This document shows, piece after piece, positions 48,366 through 59,197 of a stretch of 64,000 nt of DNA (the first letter of the stretch is position 1; every line of letters begins with the position of its first letter). Both the position numbers and the translations under genes were made by a program. Origin of the DNA: Hormiphora californensis (Eukaryota > Animalia > Ctenophora); the NCBI GenBank assembly GCA_020137815.1, contig CM035358.1, forward strand, positions 7,006,001 to 7,070,000, in the 5' to 3' direction. The notes under the pieces were generated by a model, which made no database searches, had not been told where the DNA came from, and saw nothing but the letters and a program-made list of their open reading frames with translations.

Positions 48366-51300
48366 TCATTTTGATTTTTTCTTCTTTTTCTTTCCTTTCT
48401 TTTCATTTTCCTTCACTTCTACTTTGATTGGGTTCTCATAAGAGTTGATCGCAGTATTGTGAGCACTACATATCTCACAAGATGTCTCAGATGGGTCATG
48501 TTGGTATGGTCCGACTATCCTCATTCCCCCTCTACAGGTCGCTGTAGTGACCGTGGAGTGGGTCGTCGTTACCTGGATAAGGTAGTAGGGTCGCTTTACT
48601 TTTTTGTTATGTTCTAACCCTCTCCTTTACATTTGTAAAACTTTCCTGTGCGGGGCGCAGTGAAACAGGGTCGAGCAAGGCTATGGATTATGGAAGGTAT
48701 AGGGTCTTTACCTTTTGTTGTGAAGATGTTTCTGGCACACAGTAGAAAATTTTGGAATGAATAATCAATAGCATTGAATTTTATAATGGGATAAATTGTT
48801 TTGTCCAAACATTGTTTTGTTCAAAAATCGGACAAGGCAAGCTGGATGATGGAGGATAGGACAATACTCAATACTCATATTGTTGTTCACCTGTGACTTG
48901 AAGGGAATCTGATCAACTGATATTGGACTAAAGAGAGGTATTTCATAAAGTGGAGTATTTTCCTCTTCAAAGACCCTTTTTGCTGCCTCAATTTGTTCCT
49001 CCAGTGGGGGTAAACCTGTTAACAATGAAAAGGGAGATGAGAACAGATAATACTGAGTTGGTATAACGTTGCTCTCACCGGGGGTAATATATAAAGGAGT
49101 GTTAGAACATAACTTTCTGGCAGTGCCAGAGTCCAGACTCCGACAGTGTGCACAGATGGGGTCACAGACAGGAACATAACAAACATTACCAATCATTTGG
49201 GAATGGAATGGTAAATATACTAGCTGTCAATAATACCTCGATGATAGGGATGAGATCCATTTTTATTTTCCCTCTCCTCTTTCAGCCTCTTTAATTTTTC
49301 CTCCGTTTCCCTGTACCCGTGGTCTCTCAACCTCATATTCTGAGAAATATTGCCCGTGTTAACAAGATAAACAACAATATAATGGTACTGAATCAATAAA
49401 TTGACAGTTGTTGCCAGTTAATAAGTTTTAAGAAGAGACAATGAACTCAATAAAGAAGAAGAGAAACGAGTGGCTGCCTGGCGGCGCTGATCTGATCTGA
49501 ACGCACTGAAAAAAAAGACGCCAGACAGAGAAGGAGAGGGGTGAAGTGAATGTAAACTTGCCTTACTCGACCCTGTTTCACAAATGTAAAGAAGGGTTAG
49601 AACATGATAACTGTTATATCTGCATGCATGGGACAGCTACCTTGTGTTGATAGAAAACCACTGCGATCCTTGTAGGTCTCTCCCTACTGGGACAAGGAAT
49701 GGGCGTTGTCACATGCAGCTCCCTCAGCGCATGCTCAAACAACACCGAACCATGTGTTGGGATAATTCCTGCAGGAAAAATGTGTTTTAAACCCAAACTC
49801 ACAAGGATTTGCAGTGTTCAACTAACCTACACCCCCGCATGGTGGATACATCCAAGGAGTTCCGGGTGGATGCCCAAATAATTCCCCGGGGTACATCATC
49901 CTATGGCATTCTCCCAGCTCCTCGGGGGCCACACGGTAGAGCGGTAGAGAGTGGATCTGGTCGTGGTAGGGGTCAGTGGTAAGGGTGGTTGATCGACCCA
50001 GCAGAGTTACTACTACCGTTACACCTCCTGCATGATGGGATATATGTGATGGGATGTATGTGATGGGATATTATATGTGATTTAAATCAGCTTGAATGAA
50101 AACTGATCTTGAAATTGGACTATACTATGCTATAATAATTATTGCCAAAAACTGTAATATTCATTCCCCACAGAGGAAACCAAATTAAATTAAATAGCTT
50201 TCTCGGGGGGGGGGGGGGGGGGGGCGTCACCTTTTATTTGCCCATATTTGCCCATATGGAAACAACTGATTTTTCAAAAATCGTGGGACTTTGGGCAAAA
50301 TGGGCAAAAATGGGCAAAAAAATAACTCCTGCATCTTACATCATAGATAATAAACCACTATAAGCCACTATAATCGGAGCAGAATTTCACGCTGAGGAAG
50401 ATGCTTGTATTTATTTTGTTCTAGGACGTTTCTAAAACCCATTAAAGCACAAAAAAAACCTAAAAAACCTAAAAAATTCTAAATTTAGGATTTGACCACT
50501 AAAAACAATTTGACTTCTAATTAGACACCAAAGACCATTCTGAACGAGTTTTTAAGAGATGAAATCAAGGTATAGAGTTGAAAAAACGACATATAACACT
50601 GAAAATTTCATTTTGCCCATTTTTGCCCACTTTTGCCCATTTTTGCCCATTTTGCCCATATGGGCAAAACCAAAATTCGCTGGGATTATGGGCAATGGGC
50701 AAAAAAAAGGTGACGCCCCCCCCCCCCGCTTTCTCCCTGGTAACAAAATGTCTATATCAGAACTGGAAAGAAACCACTAACTAGCCAGGCACTACATACC
50801 CGGGTCTCCATGGTTACTGATTCAGTTGCCATGCAAATTGCAACCGTACATACCGGGGTGGTTATGCTTATCACGGTGGTTGTGGGCACTAAAATCCAGA
50901 CAGGCGGTGACCCCCATAAAGGGTCTTTGGGTGGAGGTCCCTATCTTACACTCCAAACATTCGTCTTGATCCGCAGTCTAAGGATACAGGAGGGATAACC
51001 CCCTTTACAAATGTAAAGGAGGGTTAGAACAATTAACAGCTAGTAACTGATTGTGAAAACAGCTAGTACCTGATTGTGAAAACAGCTTATACCTGATTGT
51101 TAAAAGCTTGTGGAGCACAATGTTGAAACAATAAAGAGGTATCATTGGTGACTTGGGTTAGAGTCTGTTCAACTAGCTCCTCACTTCTCCTATCAAACTC
51201 CTGTAACACAAATTGATAATTGTTATTCCTCCGTGTACAGTGTACAATGTACTTCCCCTTAACTTTGTAATCTCTATTAGAGATTACAAAGTTAAGGGGA

Positions 51301-52054
51301 AGAACACCACCGTTGCCTTGGTTGTCATGGTAACGAGAAGGTGTCTAATTGATAATGAGGTGTGATAATCACCCCCGTGGTGTTCTTCCGTAACATTTCT
51401 GTACATTCCCATGATCTAATAAAGGACCCCTCTGTTACACACTCGCATTGATATGGCTTCATTGATAATGAGGTGTGATAATCACCCCCGTGGTGTTCTT
51501 CCGTAACATTTTCATACATTCCCATGATCTTATAAAGAACCCCGTTACATTACACACTCGCATTGATATGGCTTCATCTAGAGATCCTGTGATTGGTTAG
51601 AATGGTGTCTATGCCCTTTCCAGTGAGCCGTTTTAAAAACCAATAGGGGGGGAATTGAAGTGTAAAGTAATGAAAAAGGGGGGGGGGGGTGCGGAGGAGG
51701 GGGATTGATGAGATCTCTTGAGTCTTGGGTCATCTAAAACTTCGAAAATTTTTGAAAAATAAAAAGTAAAAAAACAAATTGTTAAATCACGTCCTTTGTT
51801 TGGAAATCCAAAAATTAAATTTTTGCTGATGGAACCCCCCCTTAGAGATGAAAATTGACTCTCCCCCCTCTAAAATCTCACCATTCTCTCCCCCTATCCC
51901 GATGATAAAAAAACAAGTCCCAGGAACTTTTTCTACGGGCCATTCCTAAGTGGTTTCCCAAAAGCTAATTCAGCAAAACCTTGTACATTCTCCGGGTCCC
52001 CTTTCTCTCTCTCTTCTCTCTCTTTTCCCCCCCCCCATTCTTCTCTCTCTTCTC

Positions 52055-52100
<46 letters not shown>

Positions 52101-55100
52101 TTTCTCTCTCTTTCTCTTCTCTCTCTCTCCTTCTCTCTCTCTCCCCCTCTCCTCTCCCCCCCCCCCCCCCCTCTCTCTTCCTCTCTCTCTCTCTTCTCTC
52201 CCCTTTTTTCTCTTCTTCTTCCCTTCTCTTCCCCCCCGAGGAAGAAGAAAGGAAAGGGGAGAGAGAAGCGAAAAAGAGAAAAAAAGAGAGAGAAGAAGAG
52301 AGAGAGAGAGAGAGGAGGATGGGGAAAGAGAGAGAGAGGAGAAGAAAGAGAAAAAAAAGAAGAGAAGAGAGGGGGGAGGTACCAGTGAATTTTTTAAAAA
52401 TTATTTGGAATCCACTTGTCACTTGACAATGGACCCGTAGAAATGTTCCTGCTGGACTTGTTTTTCATCATCAGGGAGAGAGAAAGAGAGAGAGAGAGAG
52501 AATGTGTGAGATTGTGAGAGGGAGAGAGTCAACTTCTATCTCTAGCAGGGTTCCATCAGCAATTATTCAATTTCGGATTTACCAAAGCAAAGGACGTGAT
52601 TTTATTCCGATTTGTTTCTATACTTTTTATTCTCACATTTGTTCGAAGTTTTAGATGACCCAAGAGATCTCATCAATTCCCAACCCTCCGCACCCCCCCC
52701 CCCCATTCCACATTCACATTTCACATCTCCACCCCTATTGGTTGAAAACGGCTCACATGGAAGGACATATGACACCATTCTAACCAATCACAGGATCTCT
52801 AGATGAAGCCATATCAATGCGAGTGTGTAATGTAACGGGGTTCTTTATAAGATCATGGGAATGTATGAAAATGTTACGGAAGAACACCACGGGGGTGATT
52901 ATCACACCTCATTATCAATGAAGCCATATCAATGCGAGTGTGTAACAGAGGGGTCCTTTATTAGATCATGGGAATGTACAGAAATGTTACGGAAGAACAC
53001 CACGGGGGTGATTATCACACCTCATTATCAATTAGACACCTTCTCGTTACCATGACAACCAAGGCAACGGTGGTGTTCTTCCCCTTAACTTTGTAATTGA
53101 TAAGGAGAAAAAGGAGTTATTTTGTTTAGGAGAGTTCCTTGGGGGAGGGAGTTCCTTGGGGGAAGGAGTTCCTTGGGGGAAGGAGTTCCTTGGGGGAAGG
53201 AGTTCCTTGGGGGAGGAAGTTCCTTGGGGGAAGGAGTTCTTCCTTTACTGGAGGAGTTCTAGGGAGTTGTTCTTGTGAGAGGGGGGACTTTGAAAGGAGC
53301 TCAGTAGTCGATATCTACTGAACCCACTCATTTTGAAACAAAATGACGGTGTGAGCCAAACAATTCAGTAGTACTTACAATTCAGTAGTACTTACAATTC
53401 AGTAGTACTTAAAATTCGGTAGTACTTACAAATCAGTAGTACTTACTGCTGATTTATCGTCCAATTTGAACTTTTTAACACTTTTCGAGCGAGCGAACTT
53501 GCATCCATTGAAATACATAGTCCAAGCACAGCCGAAGGAGTAACAGGCCCCACCCAAGCCGTCCATGCCCTGGCAGTGACAGTCCTTCCTAAAGGGTTAA
53601 ATCATTAATTAAATTAATTATTATCATCTCGAACAGTTGATAGCTGGAGAAGGGGGGGTTGTCATGGAAACAAAAAATTCACAAAAACCACTGGTTTTAC
53701 AACCACGGTAGGGGACTGGTTTAACTAGTCCCCTACCGCGTTGGGCACATTGCAGTTTGCACAATCCCCTGTTTACGTATCGTGTGACGCTTTGCTGCTA
53801 ACCTACCGTGGGTTTTTATCACATTGTCGCTGTGTTGGTATGCCATGCCGTGGTAGAATCCCCGATAAAACTGAGTACACATAGGTCGATCTGTTTTCAT
53901 CAAAACCTAGTGGGTAGAGGTAGTTATCTTAGTGTGGGGTGTGGTAGAACAGGGTCGAACAAGGCAAGTGGGGAGATAGTTTGATATTTTGAAGGATGGA
54001 AATCAAGGTCAAACTTAATACAATTTGATACGCAATACGCATACAACGTGCTCGTCGGGAGAAAAACCGGTGAAAAGAAATAGAGATTTATTTCGAGTTA
54101 GTACAGTCGGACCCCGATTTAGGGGCCCCCGATTTAGTGGACAAGAGCCTTTCCCCCGAGGGTGTCCCTAAATCGGGGTCCGACTGTACATACATATTTC
54201 GCAGTAGATATTAGAATACAACATACCATCCCAGAGACATATAAGAACAGCTTGTACTGAGCTTTCACAGGAGTGTCCCCTTCTATAGCGATAGAAAACA
54301 CACACTTTCTCCTCTAACGACCTTCTCTGAATCACCTGGAAAATATAATTGTTACAGATCGGGGTCAATCAGTTGTTATCATCAACCGACCGAATCAAGT
54401 AAGCAACCAATCAGAACTCGTTATTTAGGTCACGTGACTGGTTATCAGCCAATCAGGGACCAGCATTCACTGGTTCGGTCGGTTCCTAGTTGTTATAATA
54501 TCTCACAATTGATGGGTCGCAACTACGTACCGACTCAACTGCAGGACAGCCACTCTCAGTTTTAGCCTCCTGCCCCGTCCATTCAATCCTTACCAGCCGC
54601 AACTGTCCCGTCTCACATAGCCCAAATCTGAGGAGACATTTGTTATGTTCTAACCCTCCTTTAAATTTTTTCTCGAGCGGGGCGCGGGAAAACAGGGTCG
54701 AGCAGGGCAAGGAGATACTGGGGTGGTGTATAAAATCAAACACTCAAATCAACACCAAAACCATAAAATGTGTCACCCCCAATTCCATGTGTTTTGGCCA
54801 AACACACTCGTGCGACAACTGCTGACAACAGTTAACGCTCTGAATTTTAGAGCGCGCGCGTTCCCTCACCAGCCATCAAAACAGTGATGTTGGAGATATC
54901 AAACACTTGCCAAAAAAGGCCTGACCAACACTGGCATTTGGGAACTCATATCATAACTATTTAGAAATCGTTTTAACTATGAATTTGCCCTGAATTTGTG
55001 ACAGATGTGGGAAAATACCTTTGAGCGAGAATGGAAAAGAGGTCATGGGGATTAGAAGCGAAGCCAAGAAGGTTGTAATTCGGTGCTTGATCTGAAACAA

Positions 55101-55305
55101 AGAGATTTGGGTTGGCATGGTTGGGTTGGGTTGGGTTGCTCATAAACTGTAAACAACCGACCGGGAGAGTTGTAGTGTCAGTTGTTAGAATAGATCTCAC
55201 AAATTAACAAGATATCTTCACAAGCAGTCTGACACATACCAGTGACATCACCAGGACAAGTGCAGGGTGGTAGTGCATTCAGCTTATCATCCACTTTTCT
55301 CCTTT
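48366..55305 (-). CDS. TET: TET-family methylcytosine dioxygenase (Cys-rich + DSBH); at least 13 exons; start codon not located (upstream of 55305)
   Basis: Exons in TET order: LPPCTCPG; [12 protein letters not shown]; [20 protein letters not shown]; [23 protein letters not shown]; HGIPTQRQC; CHCQG...[20 protein letters not shown]; APQAFNNQ; CKIG...[19 protein letters not shown] (HxD); DQIHSLPLY; [26 protein letters not shown]...[12 protein letters not shown]; C-terminal TVTT...IVGPY. Confidence 0.95.
50204..50728. mobile_element. MITE-like element with inverted ends and (TGGGCAAAA)n subterminal repeats, in a TET intron
   Basis: (G)n-cgtcacctttt...ttgcccat mirrored by atgggcaa...aaaaggtgacg-(C)n. 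Confidence 0.7.
51283..53096. repeat. ~1.8-kb inverted duplication centred on a (CT)n/(GA)n tract
   Basis: 51283-~51950 is the reverse complement of ~52400-53096; identical 66-aa spurious ORFs appear on opposite strands. Confidence 0.9.
54104..54186. mobile_element. Tc1/mariner-type MITE
   Basis: TA-CAGTCGGACCCCGATTTAGG...CCTAAATCGGGGTCCGACTG-TA. Confidence 0.88.
54382..54488. mobile_element. ~105-bp hAT-type MITE (CAGGAACCGACCGAA family)
   Basis: Same core (ccaatcagaactcgttatttaggtcacgtgactggttatcagccaatcagggacc) as the copies at 58363, 58741 and 59291. Confidence 0.85.
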
Positions 55306-55945
55306 CTGAAAATGAAAATTTTGATTTTCTACAAAATTAGATAAATAGTCCATCTCCAACAGTGTGGCTATAACATAAGACAATGGAAATCGGTAACATG
55401 TTCCGTTTTATGATGTAATGGCTGTCAGAGCATTGGCCTGACTCTGTTCCTATTTCTTCCTACATGCGGAGTGCACGAGAACCTCCGAACCGTGGTTAGA
55501 GCATTGACATGACAATGTGATGGTAACTTGTATAAAAATTATCAAGAATCCTAAGGATATGGTTGCCAGGCAACCTGCCTGTCCCATCTGAGTTGAGAAA
55601 TGCATAGTAATAACTCCAACATGATTTAGTGTTTTGAGATTATTTTAATAAAGATAGGACCGGTACAGACACCTCTTCTTAAAGAATATATTCATTCTAC
55701 TTTGAGAATAATCAGAACATATAATTCATTGTAACACCCCCGCATTATTTGAATTTTGATGACAATCAAAGTAGTCAAGATCCATTCAAAGGACAGCTGT
55801 TGTTAATAATAACCTCCTTTGACCACGATACCGTTCTAACAGGTGTGCTGTGAACCGTTCTTTGTTTTCAAGGATTACCTTGTCACGTGTCACGTGGAGT
55901 ACTAGTCATATAAAACTAGCTAACAGTTACCACCCTTAAACAGTC

Positions 55946-57610
55946 ATGATGAAGCTTTACGTGTTGATGTTCCTGATTTCCGGAGCAGCAATTACAGCTG
56001 TAAAAATTAGTTCGATCTACCTGACTAACAGAGCAGAATCAGGACGCGATGGAACATATGTTGGATTTCCTCGGATATTTTCGGAGGAGACGAGAGTCTG
56101 TGAGGAAGGCTTTAGTGCAAATGAGGCAGATTTCCTGTGTCGGAAGGCAGGATTCCCTGATGGTGGAACCTTTACCACCTACAACGATCTAGAGAAAAGA
56201 TACCAGCCAAGCAGAGACGCTTGGTATTGGGGATACGTGCATGGAAACCTGACCATTACAAACTGTACAGAAAACGCAACAAGTCTAGCTGACTGTACCT
56301 ACAATACAGGGATGAACTGCACGATTGACGAATCCGTGGCGCTCAAATGTAATCCCGTGTGGACTCTAGAGAAAGTGGAGCTCAAGAGAAATATCAGCAC
56401 AACTGTAGTGAGTGACAGTTACGGGACGCTGGTACTCACCATGAAAAGAAGAACTGATGGTTTCCTTAAAAGTGCTTTGGCATATAATGCTAAATATTGG
56501 TTTCAAACCAATGCCACTAGGGATTTCTTCTGCAGAGAGGCAGGGTATCCGCTCGGGGCAGAGGATTATGGAAATAATGGAGATAACCATACTGATAGCC
56601 TAGCGGAAATCTTCATTGGTAGCAACTTTACACTTAGAGGGGGAGTAGACTGTCCTGTGGATGCACAAGATTTCTCAGAGTGCGGCTTTTGGGCTCCATT
56701 TGAAACTGATCCTAGAATTAAATGGGAGAATGGCATAGTTTTGTACTGCAAGACACCAGAGCCAGGTCCGTGGAACTCTACAGTAACCATAGAAACGGGG
56801 CACGGTGAAAACTCAACCACAGGCACCGTCGTCCTTACAAACCAGGACACATTGAAGAAAGGCCTGATCTGTGGAAAAGACGTGGACCAACATACCGCTG
56901 ACTTGATTTGTAGGGCAGCGGGATTCCGGTATGCTGAAGCAATCGCCACCAACTATGAAGCCCCTCACAATGACCGATTGGACTGCTCGTATGTTAAGGA
57001 GAATGAAATCAAGCCGGTCCTATACAATGTAACCTGCCCCCTTGACCTTGACGTTTTGTCACAGGAATTTTGCTCTGCTAGCTCTGCTATAAGCGATGAC
57101 TGTGACGCAGACAGTGCCCTTCACCTAACATGCACTGACGACATCCCTCCTTCTTCCATCTGGAGGTTGGTTCACATGGCGCTGGCAAGGAACCCTGGAG
57201 GAGGCCACAAAGCAGAAGACGTTATCTGGGATGGGGACTTTGGGACGGCAGTTGGAACCCTCTACAATCGTGACAATGGCACCTTCCTGACCGGTCTGGT
57301 ACCCATCAGTGCCATACAGAGGAACCCCTACTGCAACACCCAGGATATGTGCCGGTCTATCATGGAGGCCTGGTCATCTTCCAGCTATACTGATCATGAT
57401 TACAGAAGTATCGGAGAACTGGAGGAGCGTGAGGGGAAAGGTCTCTCGTGTGGTTACATTATCGGAAATGATATGAGGTTCCTGCCAATAAGTAGTATGG
57501 ACTGTGGGTGCGGAGCCGGAGTTACTATTGACGACTGCGGAGATATTGTGGTTTCTTCGAACTCCCTCCAACGTGACCCTGAGGAGGCTCTATGGATAAG
57601 CTGCTTCTAG
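55946..57610 (+). CDS. Secreted protein with 3-4 divergent scavenger-receptor cysteine-rich (SRCR-like) repeats, intronless, 554 aa
   Basis: Signal peptide; repeats VCEEGFSANEADFLCRKAGF, FFCREAGYP and GLICGKDVDQHTADLICRAAGF, each followed by C...L..C...C patterns; many N-glycosylation sequons; no TM segment; AATAAA at ~57754. Confidence 0.8.
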   Translation: MMKLYVLMFLISGAAITAVKISSIYLTNRAESGRDGTYVGFPRIFSEETRVCEEGFSANEADFLCRKAGFPDGGTFTTYNDLEKRYQPSRDAWYWGYVHGNLTITNCTENATSLADCTYNTGMNCTIDESVALKCNPVWTLEKVELKRNISTTVVSDSYGTLVLTMKRRTDGFLKSALAYNAKYWFQTNATRDFFCREAGYPLGAEDYGNNGDNHTDSLAEIFIGSNFTLRGGVDCPVDAQDFSECGFWAPFETDPRIKWENGIVLYCKTPEPGPWNSTVTIETGHGENSTTGTVVLTNQDTLKKGLICGKDVDQHTADLICRAAGFRYAEAIATNYEAPHNDRLDCSYVKENEIKPVLYNVTCPLDLDVLSQEFCSASSAISDDCDADSALHLTCTDDIPPSSIWRLVHMALARNPGGGHKAEDVIWDGDFGTAVGTLYNRDNGTFLTGLVPISAIQRNPYCNTQDMCRSIMEAWSSSSYTDHDYRSIGELEEREGKGLSCGYIIGNDMRFLPISSMDCGCGAGVTIDDCGDIVVSSNSLQRDPEEALWISCF

Positions 57611-58030
57611 CCGCGAATTGGACCCGGACAAGAGAAGTGAATATGTATTTAAAGTTTTCAAAACCATTTTTAAACTATTCCATCTAGATGTTTATTTTAT
57701 TTGTTTAAAACAAAGTTGCTGGTGGTTTTGGTTTCGAAAACAATTTTGGCTGTAATAAAACAGACTGGCCTTGGCGGGGGCCCCCTAGGTCACAATCTGT
57801 CTAATTTACCGGGCAAAACCCTTCCCCCGGATCGGGGTCCAATTTCAACAACTTGTTGGCTAAAATAAGACCGCGGATCCGGAACAGATATACTAACTAT
57901 TGCTGTACTTACTGCTGCTGTTGTTGTTGGATTTCTGGTTTCCTCCATGACTCATTTCTCATGTTTGTTTGTACAATCCAGCGCCCCTACATCCCCCTAC
58001 AAAACATATGACGTCAAGGGGAGAGAGAGA

Positions 58031-58200
<170 letters not shown>

Positions 58201-58362
58201 TAACCTGGCTGCTATAAATACGATCCATGATCCGGTGCCTTCGCGGTGGTTATGAATGATTAAGTTAACCACTTAACTTAACCACTTAGATTAATCAGAA
58301 AGAGATCGTGAGAGATCACGCACGAAGAGGACCTCTACCACTAGGAATGCACACATTAGAAA

Positions 58363-58454
58363 CAGGAACCGACCGAATCAGGAAATACTAGTCCCTGATT
58401 GGCTGATAACCAGTCACGTGACCTAAACAAAGAGTTCTGATTGGTCGGTTCCTG
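58363..58454. mobile_element. hAT-type MITE
   Basis: CAGGAACCGACC...GGTCGGTTCCTG; 8-bp TSD ATTAGAAA. Confidence 0.9.
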
Positions 58455-58740
58455 ATTAGAAACTTCACACGATCATTCAACTGAGAAAAATACAGAAAAT
58501 ATTAATGAATGGTCAGCAAACACACAGTGAGCAATAAAATATAAATAACAACAATGAAAACAATGAAAAACCAATTTATACCACCAATTCCTGTACAGTA
58601 TTTTACCCCTAGCAACGCGGACGAGTCTCTACGCAATATATCTGAAGTCGACGGTACTGTAATCTGCAGTATTTCCATCTCTTACTTTTCTGTTTGAAGT
58701 AAATCACATCGCGGCTTGTCAATACCACGTGTCAACTCAG

Positions 58741-58849
58741 CAGGAACCGACCGAATCAGGAAATACTGGTCCCTGATTGGCTGATAACCAGTCACCTGAC
58801 CTAAATAAAGAGTTCTGATTGGTTGTTTACTTGGTTCGGTCGGTTCCTG
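58741..58849. mobile_element. hAT-type MITE
   Basis: TIR CAGGAACCGACCGAA; 8-bp TSD CAACTCAG (58733-58740, 58850-58857). Confidence 0.92.
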
Positions 58850-59197
58850 CAACTCAGTTTTCTGTCGACTATGCTTTCCTCACTCACAACTTCCATTCTC
58901 AGCACATTGGAATCAGCTTTACAGCAATTCAACAAAAACAGCGATTCTGCAACAGCAACTCAACAGTTAAACCGTGGATGCACTTCTTTTCCTCTCTGAT
59001 CAACCAGAACATGATTATATTTCAGTGGTGATGGTCGGTGGTCCAGTATATGCCTCTCTCCTTTCCTCCATCAACCAATCTACCATCCCAAATTTAGTTA
59101 ATTCCTATATATCCACATTTTTTTCCTCTCTCTGATCACATAATTATGCCTCTCAAAGCCCCTCCCCAGTCCCCTCCCTCTACCATCTCACTTCTCA

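Noticed and set aside
48640-48685. Hammerhead ribozyme suggested by GAAAC-AGG-GTC
   Set aside because: No CTGANGA core and no stem I partner in any copy of the repeat.
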